Counted from the stretch's first letter, positions 31,101 through 40,838 are shown. The stretch is 64,000 bases of DNA from a virus (IMGVR_UViG_3300028591_006041:17708-81707); one strand, 5' to 3'. A program made the numbers and translations. The notes: generated by a model from the sequence alone, not told the origin.

Positions 31101-31742
31101 TTTCAATAACATAATATATACATAAGAATACTTATGCCTAAAATTGCATAGATATTCAATTCTTCTGTTCTCATATTTCACAGTTATTGGAGTTATCTTT
31201 GTCCAAACATGAAGAGATTTCTTAGATGCTGACCTACATATTCCTAAGAACCAATGAAATTTTGACAAATCATTAAACAAATCATCTTTCAACTCATTAG
31301 ATATGTTCTCATCTTTTATATCCAAGTCAATAATTTGAAGACCATTCCACATTTGATAAGCTATATCTCCAATTGGACGATTATTTGATGAAGTTGGAAA
31401 TACCATATTACGATGAATCTTATCTATTTTTGAATAATCCTCATCATACATTAAATCATAAATTTCTTTCCAATTGAATATTCTACCAACTTTATCATAT
31501 ATAGAATTTACAACCAAACATTCTATCAATTGTAGTTGATCATTATAGAATTCTTGTTGTTCTTCTTTAGAACATTTATCAAATAATATGTTTGAATATT
31601 TGTTTAAGTTTGAATTATAATCTATATTTATGTTTTCTTTAGAAATACAACTAAATGATTCTAAAATTTCAGATAATGACTTATTCTTAGTATTATCATA
31701 TAAGCTATTTATTTTCTTTATACCGTTATTCAAAACTGTCAT
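28119..31742 (-). CDS. Primase(VirE-N/AEP-like)-SF2 helicase fusion
   Basis: WNGLQIIDLDIK..SASKKSLHVW; AGAGYGKT, VIDESH, MSGTP, STYLSVGVDI. Confidence 0.75.
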   Translation of the reverse strand: MTVLNNGIKKINSLYDNTKNKSLSEILESFSCISKENINIDYNSNLNKYSNILFDKCSKEEQQEFYNDQLQLIECLVVNSIYDKVGRIFNWKEIYDLMYDEDYSKIDKIHRNMVFPTSSNNRPIGDIAYQMWNGLQIIDLDIKDENISNELKDDLFNDLSKFHWFLGICRSASKKSLHVWTKITPITVKYENRRIEYLCNFRHKYSYVYIMLLKYCDKYGYNKESIYNYMDMAVGKPQQGIFISSDNAYLSTNFNDLRLDINFESALNNGVESINWISHPDLKNIFSKLDWFSNDDFNDSTNIELENIDKDINYDLSKSKGSKHYKHFHRWQLANTLTSLFGEQKAFKIICSICKDVSMRELKGDIKTAAIHHKPMTTWAINELNNQHGFNIKIKKDIDNVNLTQIENEIKNLDNKIDPIKILNDKTNQTILTITKDQYLSDIKDEIVKNLDHITLLEAGAGYGKTEMIKSLKDKTLLILPFTSTIKAKVEASSVTKDWLYFYGNKKPTLSDIMGNQNMSMTIDKFSHLNVYELDAANFKYIVIDESHLLFTSSYREVMGPCIQRLANCKAKIIMMSGTPTGEMLFFPNIKHIKVKKEDLRVKECIINLVPSSTEQIRDMCVDMAQNIKEGKKILFPTNRGILYYEQITGMIQKILNEMEFPRELKKFYYKKSQYGEESMDNININKTIGNNDIIFCSTYLSVGVDICDPYDFVIYFNETWIPQDIEQFANRIRNNNLHIKIYLPLFDKNGLPLNYDYIKPLDLSFSQNDLMTARDLVKTCNDMLERNYEESKYNPIISSLLSTNKYLKYDENDCKYYIDETTYKLKVFEERYSEYSKQLNVMINGIKYYGYDVKISKSDKETPEDKVEELEEFMKACRNVKFNEDTIKVRKLLSHVSDGNIDLYRELLKGNYSIYKDTDEDNKRIREENDLYVDDIEILEKHVPIILSLYKTYDCDRIREIYDYCIDLKSNRLNFSKLNRIRMFVNIENNRKKKRLDFPIMRFLYDCKNWAQENPETTRGDIDMFLAEWSCKYCNSIKDVVIDDIEYASKIFDIIQDYWKIIIVESRPKNGKINIKPFELLWESKLDVINIYGDINTKTFFLEQLIDENNIKDNNKDDVEEELKDFEHTSKVKLEDIISELPNIVHKEFDYYDYSEKDNSNNRFMIKQKNTNKLKDDIFSIENENDENEENNNDNKLDLFGNEVPF

Positions 31743-31831
31743 TAAAAATATAATTAATTAAATATAGTTAACTATTTGACAAAGATTCCTATTAAAAATA
31801 TTTTTTATTTCGATTATTTTTTATGATTTTA

Positions 31832-31859
31832 TTGAATTTTTTCATTTAATAACTATATT
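31832..31859 (+). promoter_or_regulatory. Class A promoter pointing into the tandem repeat array
   Basis: TTGAAT (31832-37), N16, TATATT (31854-59). Confidence 0.7.
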
Positions 31860-31879
31860 ATATATGTAATTAATTTATA

Positions 31880-32143
31880 TATGTTAAACTTTTAATGGTC
31901 TCTAAAATATGTTAATCCGTAACAAATCAGATCCCAGGCATTAAGGATTATTAATTAAATTTTTAGATGAATATAGCTTAATGTTTAACCTTTTAAAACC
32001 GCGGAGATTATGGTAATTCGCAACAAATCAGATCCCAAATACTAAGAATTATTATTTAAATTTTTAGATGAATATAGCTTAATGTTTAACCTTTTAAAAC
32101 CGCGGAGATTATGGTAATTCGCAACAAATCAGATCCCAATTAA
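31880..32143 (+). repeat. 101-bp tandem repeat (2 near-identical units plus a degenerate first unit) carrying micro-ORFs M(L/V)IRNKSDP
   Basis: aacaaatcagatccc at 31921, 32022 and 32123; ORFs 31909-31944, 32010-32045, 32111-32143. Confidence 0.9.
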
Positions 32144-32185
32144 ACATAATAATTTTTTATAATTCAATATTAATATTTATTTTAC

Positions 32186-32210
32186 AAGGAGCTCACTAAG
32201 GGCTCCTTTT
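32186..32210 (+). terminator. Intrinsic terminator closing the repeat unit
   Basis: aaggagc-tcactaagg-gctcctttt. Confidence 0.75.
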
Positions 32211-32242
32211 TATTTTTATATAAAATATAGTTATTTATATAA

Positions 32243-33121
32243 ATGCCTTGCAATACAATTAATCAAAAAATAAATAACATTAATATTGATGAAACTCAAA
32301 ACAATTCTTCTCAATCAATGGAAGAATTTTTGAAACTAAAACAACAACAAGAAGATCAAGTTGACTATCAATTCATACAAAGAATAATTCAAGAATTGAC
32401 ACAATCATGTGCATTACCTCTTCCAATTCCTGCAGCTTCAATTCCACCATTGATTATTCAGGCTGCTCAATGGTTTTGGGCTAATGATGATAGAATGATT
32501 AATGAAAGATATTTTGTAGTTCGTAATAAAGATTTTTGTAGGAAATGCAGTAATACAATTATCAAATTACCACCTCAAATTCTTAGTGTATTTGGAGTAT
32601 ATAAAGTTCATCCTAATTATTATTATGGAGCAATGGGAGATTTTTCACTTGAACGTATGGTAATTAATAATACTGTTTTAGCTTCTGGCGCAGGTGGATC
32701 ATTATCAGATACTTATGGAATGGGAACAGGATATAACCTTACCGATATGATGGCAGGGCTCTATGAAATACAAACTTTTAAAGCTATGTTTGATGTTCCT
32801 TTGACATTCAATTACAATGAATTTTCAAATGAGTTAGTAATACTTGGACAGTTAGGAGTTTCTGATGTAGTATTACAAACATTTACAAGATGTAAAATTC
32901 AAGATATGTATAAAGATTATTATTTCTTTAGACTTTGTGTATGTTTTGGATTAAGAAGTATGGCTACTATTATGGGTGCTTTTGAGTTTAGATTACCCGG
33001 TGGTACTACAATAAACTATTCTACATTTAGAGAAATGGCTGAAACTGAAATAGATAAGATAGAAGAATGGGTAGTTAAAAATCATTCTACTGACTATTTC
33101 TTCAATTCGAATACAATTTAA
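32243..33121 (+). CDS. Neck/head-completion protein (T4 gp13-like)
   Basis: C-terminal FRLPGGTTINY...AETEIDKIEE matches the recalled gp13 LPGGV motif; class B-like motif at 32211. Confidence 0.7.
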   Translation: MPCNTINQKINNINIDETQNNSSQSMEEFLKLKQQQEDQVDYQFIQRIIQELTQSCALPLPIPAASIPPLIIQAAQWFWANDDRMINERYFVVRNKDFCRKCSNTIIKLPPQILSVFGVYKVHPNYYYGAMGDFSLERMVINNTVLASGAGGSLSDTYGMGTGYNLTDMMAGLYEIQTFKAMFDVPLTFNYNEFSNELVILGQLGVSDVVLQTFTRCKIQDMYKDYYFFRLCVCFGLRSMATIMGAFEFRLPGGTTINYSTFREMAETEIDKIEEWVVKNHSTDYFFNSNTI

Positions 33122-33206
33122 AATTGAAGAAGAATTTCATAATTTCTTCAATTCTAATACAATTTAAGAAACAATTTTATTATTTCTTCAATTCAAATAC
33201 AATTTA
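33096..33206 (+). repeat. Three 25-bp direct repeats atttcttcaattcNaatacaattta
   Basis: Copies at 33096, 33142 and 33182; the first is the 3' end of the neck gene. Confidence 0.9.
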
Positions 33207-33212
33207 AAGAAA

Positions 33213-33238
33213 AAAGGAGATACTTAAGTATCTCCTTT
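33213..33238. terminator. Bidirectional terminator
   Basis: Perfect palindrome aaaggagatacttaagtatctccttt. Confidence 0.8.
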
Positions 33239-36200
33239 ATTCATTAATGAATATGTATGGTATAGATTCCCAATCAGCATCTTTGACAAATACATGACAT
33301 ACCCCAAACATATGGATATCCCATAAAGTTGTATTAGATGATGGACTAGGTGTAGAAGTAAAGAATGTATTTCCATTTCCACTAAGTAAATCAGATTTAC
33401 AATAAGGTTTATATTCATCGTGACTGGTAAGCTCAAGGAATATATCTGAGTATTTCTTAAAGTTAAACATCATAAATAATACATTAGGAACAGATGGTAT
33501 AAACCAATCTCCTTGATTAGTTGACACTGTATGATATCTCCATGCACAAGCTACAGCTGGTGAGAATTTTTTATCTTTAGGATTTGGCATTGGATGATCA
33601 CTACTATATTGTTCTGTACGCCAATTTGGATATAGATTCTCATCAAAATTATCAATAATTATTCTATTATTTTCTAATCCATTCCAATTAGATAATGCAC
33701 AATTATTATCAAACATATTTGTATTGAATGTATCATCATCATTTAATATATTTATACAACAATTATTACGTACTGATGGGTCTCTTGTCCACATTCTATT
33801 ATTTGGTGCTGGCCATCTTGGAGTTCCATCTGAATTACACCAAGGTCTAGGAGAACCATTATCATATAATGCTATATCTGTTTGAGGACATAAATGAGTT
33901 GAAGAACTTGTACCAGTTTCATTATAAAAACATATTTTAGTATATCCAGGTAATCCATCAATATAATGTCCTGACATACCAAAATATGGACGTTCATTTA
34001 TAGTTTCAGCGCCTATTTCTGTTCTTCCATGATCAGGATTAAATAATGATAATCTAGTAAGACCCATATATAATGCAGGAGAGCCTTCTTCAAAATAATT
34101 TGCATTGACTACTTTAATACCAATTGGATGATATCCTATAGATGGATCTAATATATTAGTAGTATATATTCTTTCTCCATTATTATTTTCATACATTATC
34201 TTAAAGTCACTTATAACAGTATTTATATTATAACTTTCTTTAGGTATAACATATTCTTTTATTTTAGGATAATATATGCTTTCAATATTATTGTTTATTT
34301 TATAAATAGCTTTTGTCTCATATTGATAACCATCTAATCCACTTATTGTATAATTAAGTCTTACATCATAATAACCAGGATCATAAAAACCATCCATATT
34401 GTTATTGTTTATTATTGCCAAATTAGTATTTTGATATACATTCAAATTATATTTTGTATCATATATCTTGCTAATTTCCCATTTAGTATTCAAATCTATA
34501 TTGAATTGCAAATCATTATTATATACCCCAACTACAACTAAGTCATTCTTATTGAAATGATTGAGTCCATTTGTAGGAATTACATTCATTCTGTTAACTA
34601 AAAATTTTTGAGTATTATAACCAGTATATCTTATTTTATAGTTATCAAATACATATTCTGTTTTTTGTAATTCTAATAAAGAATCATCATTATAATTTCC
34701 TATAGGATATCTTGATATGAATACAATATACCAATAAGGTATCTTTCCATCTTCAGTTATATTTGGATTGTCATGCATCAAATAAGCATCATATTGTACC
34801 GCTTCTTCAATTATACCTTTGAAATTAGTATTTTCAAATAAATCATCATATAATTCCTGATTGAATGGATTTCCATCATATTGAACCTTTTGATTAGTTG
34901 ACTTATCATATAGTTCAAATAAATGAATCTTATTGAAGTAATTCTTATTATAAGGAATTTGAATTTTGTTCTTATAATATCTCAAATAGAATTCTTGCAT
35001 TCTTCTATTTGTATTATCATTGTCTTCATCATTCTTATCTTTAATATCTGCCAGTTTCTCAATAAATGTCAATACATTATCTGTATCTTTATCATAGAAT
35101 AATGTATCAATTGATACCAAATTAGGTTGATACATAAATGAGTTGAATATTAAATTAGGATGTTGTTGAGATAATTGTTTGAACATAGATATCTCATCCT
35201 TCAAATAATATTGGTATTTCAATTTACCAAATTCGAGATATATGCTTGGTACATTTATAGTAAAGTCATAATAGAACCACTTATTATTTACAAATACAGA
35301 TAATCTATACTCACAATTAAGCCAATCCATTTTACTAAGATTGTTTTTCTTATTAAGATATCTTGGCAATATGATATAATTATTGAAATAGTTTTCTGGT
35401 GTTTGATAGAAAATAAAGTCATTATCTTCTACCAAAATATGACTTTCTATATCATACCTATCTTTTTTATCAACATATATACATTTTCCATTATAATCAA
35501 CATAATTTCTTTTTATGTTTTCATAATAGATATTATTTTCTAATGTAAAGTCATCTATGAATTGATTGTAGAATTTATCTTTATATTTGTATTTTCCATC
35601 TATATATATGTATTTTCCCGTGTCTGATTGAGTTCTTTTTATACATGATAATATCAATTTACATTTAAACAATCCTGATGATATTTTAGTATAACGGTTA
35701 TATAATATTTCATTTGTTTCTATATCTTTGAATGCATATATTGTCTTATCATATTTAGATACTCTAAAATGTGTTGCTAATTTTAGATCATTTGTTTCTT
35801 CTAATGATATTGTATTATTATCTAATTTACTACTAAATAATTTATATATCTTCATATATTCACCATAAGAAGTCTTTATATAATTTCCATATTCATATTC
35901 AGAATATAATGAGTTATTGTCAATTATTCTTATAGGAATATAAATACAGTTCTCATTAATTAAATACAAGTCTTCATTAGAATAATTTTCATTATAATTT
36001 GAAAATTCATTAAAGTTTGAATCAATATAATGTTGAGACTTATAAAATAGAAGTTTATTATAAGATGGAAATTCTACTCGTATATTGTCATTTGTCACAA
36101 ATATTGGAGTAGCAGTATTCAATATCATAGGATTAGATGTCAACTTAATTGTGTTAGCATAAACTTTATAGTTTATAGATGCTCGTTTTATCTTAATATG

Positions 36201-38369
36201 AATTGGTAAGAAATAAGTTTGCCAATAATATTTAAGGGCATCTAATTTAAGCGCCATTTCAGTAAATATGAATCTATAATAAGGTTTATAGAATGATATG
36301 TCATCATGAACAACTTCTACATTTTTCTTAAATAAATCTTCTAATATAGGTTTTCCTTCACCTATTAATTGATTAGAATAATTTTGATCATATTTTTCTC
36401 CTGTCTCAATATTGCCATTCATTGTTAAGGAAATAAGATTTGTAGTATTAAAATATTTGAAGGTAGATTTCATATCATTCTCAACATTGAAATAATCTAA
36501 TACATATTGGTCAAATATGTCATTATCTGTTTTCAATAATTTGCTAATTGTTAAATGATTATGCCATCCAAACCATTTAAGTGAATTTATTACTGATTTG
36601 AAATTTCCACATTCTCCTTTTATTGACATATAATTCATTAATAGCTCTTTCATTTTTTGTTTTAAAAGTTCTTCATTAGGATATAAAGATTCAAAAGAAC
36701 TATCATAGAATGCTCTTAATATGTCTTTAGGTAAATTAATACCCATATTTTTTCCATTAATTATAAGTGGTTCACATTCATCAACAAAAGTGCAACCAAC
36801 AGTAATAGGTGTATATTTTGTTTTATATACATATTCTTCTATTTCAATTGTATCATTAGTTAATTGACTTATTATAGAATTATCTACATCAAACCAAATA
36901 TCTCTTATCGCATCATTATACAAATATTGAGTTGGTTTAAGTTCTAAACTATAACCACCATTTTCATCTCTTGGAAAAATTTCATGATTTCTGTATTGAC
37001 TAAATTCTGTCGATTTAAAGTCATATTCTATTCCATCATATTCATATCTTGTAAATGTTGTTTCACCGTCCTTTTGATTACCGCTTTCATTTATAATTTT
37101 ATGTTTTTCTGTAAAAAATTTACCACCATATACTGGAAAAAATTGATCATAATATATACGTTTAACTGTTTCAATCAAATTATTCATTGTGTTTTTATAT
37201 TCACTGGCTGCATCAGGACCAACCATTGTAATCCACCATTCACCATTAGAATATTCCATCATATCATATGATGTAATAGGAATGTCATCATCATAACTAT
37301 ATGAAATACTTAATTTATATTGTTTTCCATCATATTCAATAATATTTTCATCTGCAATTTCTTGTAAGCTTTTTACATTTACATTTAAAGATTCAATATT
37401 AGGATATTCATCATAAATTAAATATTCTTTATTATATCCATTGCTTGGATATGAATTGTTACCATCATAATTTATTCTTAATACACTTCCACATTCTCTA
37501 CATCCATATTTTATTTTTCCAATAAATTTATATTTATCATCATTTTTCAACCATTTGTTTTTAGGTAATTTAAATATGATTTGATATATATCATTAGGTA
37601 AATTTGACCAAAAATTTATTCTGAATTTTTGATCAGGAACATTAGCATCATTAGAATCAAATTTAGTAGATAATATTTTATTATTGTTTTTATATAATAT
37701 TTCTACTGATTCTGGATTAAATTCATTTTTGATAGTATACCACTGTTCATAATTATTAGAATTTTCATTATATTTAAGAATATTTATATTGGAAAATGTT
37801 TCTTTAATTATTTTATTGAATACTTGTTCTTTTGTATATACTACTGTTTTCTTTTCTTCTGTTTTTGAATTTATCTTAATCATTATGTTTGAAAGATAAG
37901 TACCCTCAAACTTAGATCTACCTATAACATAAAATGGAAATAAATAAAATTTCTTACCTTTATCCTCTACAATTAAATTTTGTGTATTATCATAAAAATC
38001 AAAATAAAAATCATCTAAAGTCAATATAGTCTTACATTCATTAAAATCAATTAATAAGCTTTCATTAATATTTGATTTTTGTTCTAATTTTTCTTGTATA
38101 TATTTTGGACCAATTAATTTAAACACACTTGATTGAATGCTTATTTCAATATCAAATGGTTTTGTCAAATGATCATTTTCATCTTCTTCAAATGATATTT
38201 CATTTTCGTTAATTATAAATCTAATTGGTTTTATATAAAAATTATTTACAGAAACTTCATTATCTTTTAACCAAAATATATAATCATTTTCTTTATATTT
38301 ATATAAAACAGGATTATCATCATATGTTTGTAAACTAAAAACATGTCCTGTACTATCTATGAACTCCAT
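33237..38369 (-). CDS. Large virion protein (baseplate wedge-like) with C-terminal DUF1566-like domain
   Basis: YMSIKGECGNFKSVINSLKWFGW baseplate-type motif; C-terminal AVACAWRY..GDWFIPS..FFTST. Confidence 0.55.
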   Translation of the reverse strand: MEFIDSTGHVFSLQTYDDNPVLYKYKENDYIFWLKDNEVSVNNFYIKPIRFIINENEISFEEDENDHLTKPFDIEISIQSSVFKLIGPKYIQEKLEQKSNINESLLIDFNECKTILTLDDFYFDFYDNTQNLIVEDKGKKFYLFPFYVIGRSKFEGTYLSNIMIKINSKTEEKKTVVYTKEQVFNKIIKETFSNINILKYNENSNNYEQWYTIKNEFNPESVEILYKNNNKILSTKFDSNDANVPDQKFRINFWSNLPNDIYQIIFKLPKNKWLKNDDKYKFIGKIKYGCRECGSVLRINYDGNNSYPSNGYNKEYLIYDEYPNIESLNVNVKSLQEIADENIIEYDGKQYKLSISYSYDDDIPITSYDMMEYSNGEWWITMVGPDAASEYKNTMNNLIETVKRIYYDQFFPVYGGKFFTEKHKIINESGNQKDGETTFTRYEYDGIEYDFKSTEFSQYRNHEIFPRDENGGYSLELKPTQYLYNDAIRDIWFDVDNSIISQLTNDTIEIEEYVYKTKYTPITVGCTFVDECEPLIINGKNMGINLPKDILRAFYDSSFESLYPNEELLKQKMKELLMNYMSIKGECGNFKSVINSLKWFGWHNHLTISKLLKTDNDIFDQYVLDYFNVENDMKSTFKYFNTTNLISLTMNGNIETGEKYDQNYSNQLIGEGKPILEDLFKKNVEVVHDDISFYKPYYRFIFTEMALKLDALKYYWQTYFLPIHIKIKRASINYKVYANTIKLTSNPMILNTATPIFVTNDNIRVEFPSYNKLLFYKSQHYIDSNFNEFSNYNENYSNEDLYLINENCIYIPIRIIDNNSLYSEYEYGNYIKTSYGEYMKIYKLFSSKLDNNTISLEETNDLKLATHFRVSKYDKTIYAFKDIETNEILYNRYTKISSGLFKCKLILSCIKRTQSDTGKYIYIDGKYKYKDKFYNQFIDDFTLENNIYYENIKRNYVDYNGKCIYVDKKDRYDIESHILVEDNDFIFYQTPENYFNNYIILPRYLNKKNNLSKMDWLNCEYRLSVFVNNKWFYYDFTINVPSIYLEFGKLKYQYYLKDEISMFKQLSQQHPNLIFNSFMYQPNLVSIDTLFYDKDTDNVLTFIEKLADIKDKNDEDNDNTNRRMQEFYLRYYKNKIQIPYNKNYFNKIHLFELYDKSTNQKVQYDGNPFNQELYDDLFENTNFKGIIEEAVQYDAYLMHDNPNITEDGKIPYWYIVFISRYPIGNYNDDSLLELQKTEYVFDNYKIRYTGYNTQKFLVNRMNVIPTNGLNHFNKNDLVVVGVYNNDLQFNIDLNTKWEISKIYDTKYNLNVYQNTNLAIINNNNMDGFYDPGYYDVRLNYTISGLDGYQYETKAIYKINNNIESIYYPKIKEYVIPKESYNINTVISDFKIMYENNNGERIYTTNILDPSIGYHPIGIKVVNANYFEEGSPALYMGLTRLSLFNPDHGRTEIGAETINERPYFGMSGHYIDGLPGYTKICFYNETGTSSSTHLCPQTDIALYDNGSPRPWCNSDGTPRWPAPNNRMWTRDPSVRNNCCINILNDDDTFNTNMFDNNCALSNWNGLENNRIIIDNFDENLYPNWRTEQYSSDHPMPNPKDKKFSPAVACAWRYHTVSTNQGDWFIPSVPNVLFMMFNFKKYSDIFLELTSHDEYKPYCKSDLLSGNGNTFFTSTPSPSSNTTLWDIHMFGVCHVFVKDADWESIPYIFINE

Positions 38370-38443
38370 ATACCTAAAATATTTATATATAATTAAAAAT
38401 AATTAGTTTATTTTTAATAAAGCATAAATTTGTTATTTTACGT

Positions 38444-39469
38444 ATGAAAAGTTTTAAAAAGACTTATATAATTAACGAGAATGTCAACGGTATAAATGGG
38501 TTTGTCATTCTTAAACCTGAATTCTTAAATCATAAAGAAAATTTTTTGAAAATGTTATCAAATAATGGATGGCAAATAATTCAAAAAAATGAAAGAACAT
38601 TATCTTTAGAAGAAGCCAAAGAACTATATAAGATGCATAGTAAAAAGGATTTCTATAATGACTTATGTAAGTATATGAGTTCTTCTAATTGTTTATGTTG
38701 TTCATGTCATAAGGATTGTAAAGATCCTATTAAAGAAATGAATGATTTGAAAGATAAGGTTCGTAAGACTTGGGGTAAAGATGAGATGAAAAATGGAATG
38801 CATTCATCTGACTCATTAGAAAATGTCAATAGAGAAAGTAAGTTGATATTTGAAAAGAAATTTACAGAAGAAATGGACATTAAAGTAACTACAGAACCTG
38901 ACACATTTGTAGATTTATTTGATAATGTAAAATTTTTAGATGAGCCACAACAACCAATTTCTAAAGTTCAATCTAAATGTGTTGAATTAGGAATAAGCAT
39001 GAATGATGAAGAATTTGAAAAATTGAAATTTATGCTTAGCAATGCATTGGCTGAAGAATTCAATGCTTGGTATGCTTATACTATAATCATTCCATTCTTA
39101 TATGGTCCACTACGTCCAGATGTTGTTGAGTTCTTTAAAGAAACAGCTAAAGATGAGTTAGAAGATCATGCTTATTGGTTGATGGAAAGACTTAATCAAT
39201 TAGGAGTAGAATTGAGTAATGTTTCTGATCCAGCATTTTGGAATACTGTAGCTACTCATAAATACATTTATCCTACTAATGACACTTTAGGTGCAATTCA
39301 AAACAATATCAAAGCAGAACAAGGAGCTATAGAGACTTATACTAAATTAGAAGAATTTACAAGAGATAAAGATGTTGTAACGAATTGTAAGATAAAGGAA
39401 ATACTTAAAGATGAACAAGAGCATTTGTCAGATCTTTATGATTTGAGAAAAGATATAACTAATTTTTAA
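38444..39469 (+). CDS. Nucleoside diphosphate kinase - ferritin/Dps-like fusion
   Basis: ILKPE..AKELYKMH..FYNDLCKYM..HSSDS (NDK); AEEFNAWYAY..DELEDH..EQGAIETY..DEQEH (ferroxidase helices). Confidence 0.85.
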   Translation: MKSFKKTYIINENVNGINGFVILKPEFLNHKENFLKMLSNNGWQIIQKNERTLSLEEAKELYKMHSKKDFYNDLCKYMSSSNCLCCSCHKDCKDPIKEMNDLKDKVRKTWGKDEMKNGMHSSDSLENVNRESKLIFEKKFTEEMDIKVTTEPDTFVDLFDNVKFLDEPQQPISKVQSKCVELGISMNDEEFEKLKFMLSNALAEEFNAWYAYTIIIPFLYGPLRPDVVEFFKETAKDELEDHAYWLMERLNQLGVELSNVSDPAFWNTVATHKYIYPTNDTLGAIQNNIKAEQGAIETYTKLEEFTRDKDVVTNCKIKEILKDEQEHLSDLYDLRKDITNF

Positions 39470-39472
39470 TTT

Positions 39473-40063
39473 ATGGCAGATTTAGAAAAACGTTTTTTCA
39501 TAACTAATTCTCATAGTGATTATGAAACTTTTATAAATGATAACATCTTTGAAAGAGAAACATTGATATATGATCAAGAACATCTTCATTATAATAAACC
39601 AACAAAAATTCCATATTTGGAATCTAATTTTTATAATGGATATGATGGACAATTAGGAGCTAAAGATATCTTTGAAACATTAGAATCATTTTATAATGAT
39701 TATAATAAAAATTATAATAATCAGTTTAATGTTAATAATAGTGCATATTATTATTTTTTGTTAATGACTGAGTCAGAATATAGTGAGGTATATGGTAACA
39801 TATATAGTAAATTATCTGATTATATAAAACAACATAATTCAAATGCTAGTTCTAATTTTAATTTACAAAATTATGAATCTTCATATGGTGAAAGTTATTA
39901 TAATCTTTATTTAAGATGTAATACTATAGGAACAGGATATCATGAAGTTAATGGTGGTAGAGGTTATCTTTCTGGTTATTATTTAACTGTAAAAGATACA
40001 TTAACAAATGAAACTTTACAAGAAGTATTTTTAGGATACGTTGTGGAAGGTTTTTATAATTAA
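39473..40063 (+). CDS. Hypothetical protein (Asn/Tyr-rich)
   Basis: 196-aa ORF in operon. Confidence 0.55.
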   Translation: MADLEKRFFITNSHSDYETFINDNIFERETLIYDQEHLHYNKPTKIPYLESNFYNGYDGQLGAKDIFETLESFYNDYNKNYNNQFNVNNSAYYYFLLMTESEYSEVYGNIYSKLSDYIKQHNSNASSNFNLQNYESSYGESYYNLYLRCNTIGTGYHEVNGGRGYLSGYYLTVKDTLTNETLQEVFLGYVVEGFYN

Positions 40064-40085
40064 ATAAACTGTTTAAATTATTTAT

Positions 40086-40838
40086 ATGAAAAATTTAAAT
40101 CAATTCATTATAGAACGTCTTAAGATTACTAAAGATTCTAAGTTTTCTAAAGCTAAATTAGATAGAAGTTTTATAGATATATTAAGTTATGTAATTAATG
40201 ATTTTGAGGGTAAACGATTTAGTGCAAGATATTCATTAGAATTTTTATATAATATTTTCTGTGAAGCTATGTCAGAATCAGCAGAAGTAATACATTATGC
40301 ATATGATAAAAAAGGAAAACGTATACAAAGTGATATGCAAATGTGTACTATTAAAGCTGGTAAAAATTTATTTCATATTAAAGAAGATAATTATGGACAA
40401 TTAGAATTCGATGATAATGATAAATGCCTTGATATATGGGGAAGTGGTAGAGGAAGTGAAGTATATTTTGGTGTATGTCTTATAGAAGATGTATTCAATA
40501 AATCTATTCATTTTAAAATAAAAGAAGATCAAATTGATTTATCAGATATTAAGAATATATTTGGTATAGAAGATGAATCAAAATTTAAAATTGATATTAG
40601 AGTTTATAATGTTAATGGATGGAAAGTTTATGTTGGAACAATACATAAAAAGAATGCAACAAGTTTGTCAAATTACATACATACAACTGTTGTATTACCG
40701 AATAATAATACATATAAAAGTTATTATTATTGTGATGGGGCAGGAATGACTGGTTCTGATGATCATTATTCAGGAAATGATGAAAATGACTTTAAAGATA
40801 GTATAAAAAAACTAATAGAAAATCATTTACACTTATGA
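40086..40838 (+). CDS. Leader-family protein
   Basis: MKNLNQFIIERLKITKDSKF. Confidence 0.7.
   Translation: MKNLNQFIIERLKITKDSKFSKAKLDRSFIDILSYVINDFEGKRFSARYSLEFLYNIFCEAMSESAEVIHYAYDKKGKRIQSDMQMCTIKAGKNLFHIKEDNYGQLEFDDNDKCLDIWGSGRGSEVYFGVCLIEDVFNKSIHFKIKEDQIDLSDIKNIFGIEDESKFKIDIRVYNVNGWKVYVGTIHKKNATSLSNYIHTTVVLPNNNTYKSYYYCDGAGMTGSDDHYSGNDENDFKDSIKKLIENHLHL

Noticed and set aside
32110-32140. Similarity of the reverse strand (GTTGCGAATT) to Bacteroidota type II-C CRISPR repeat starts
   Set aside because: Only about 10 nt match, the promoter points the other way, and the 'spacers' are nearly identical
33096-33206. CRISPR mini-array
   Set aside because: Spacers are only 21 and 15 nt, the first repeat is coding, and no cas genes are present; kept only as a repeat
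33237-33700. DGR variable region in the DUF1566-like C-terminus
   Set aside because: No template repeat or reverse transcriptase seen in the window
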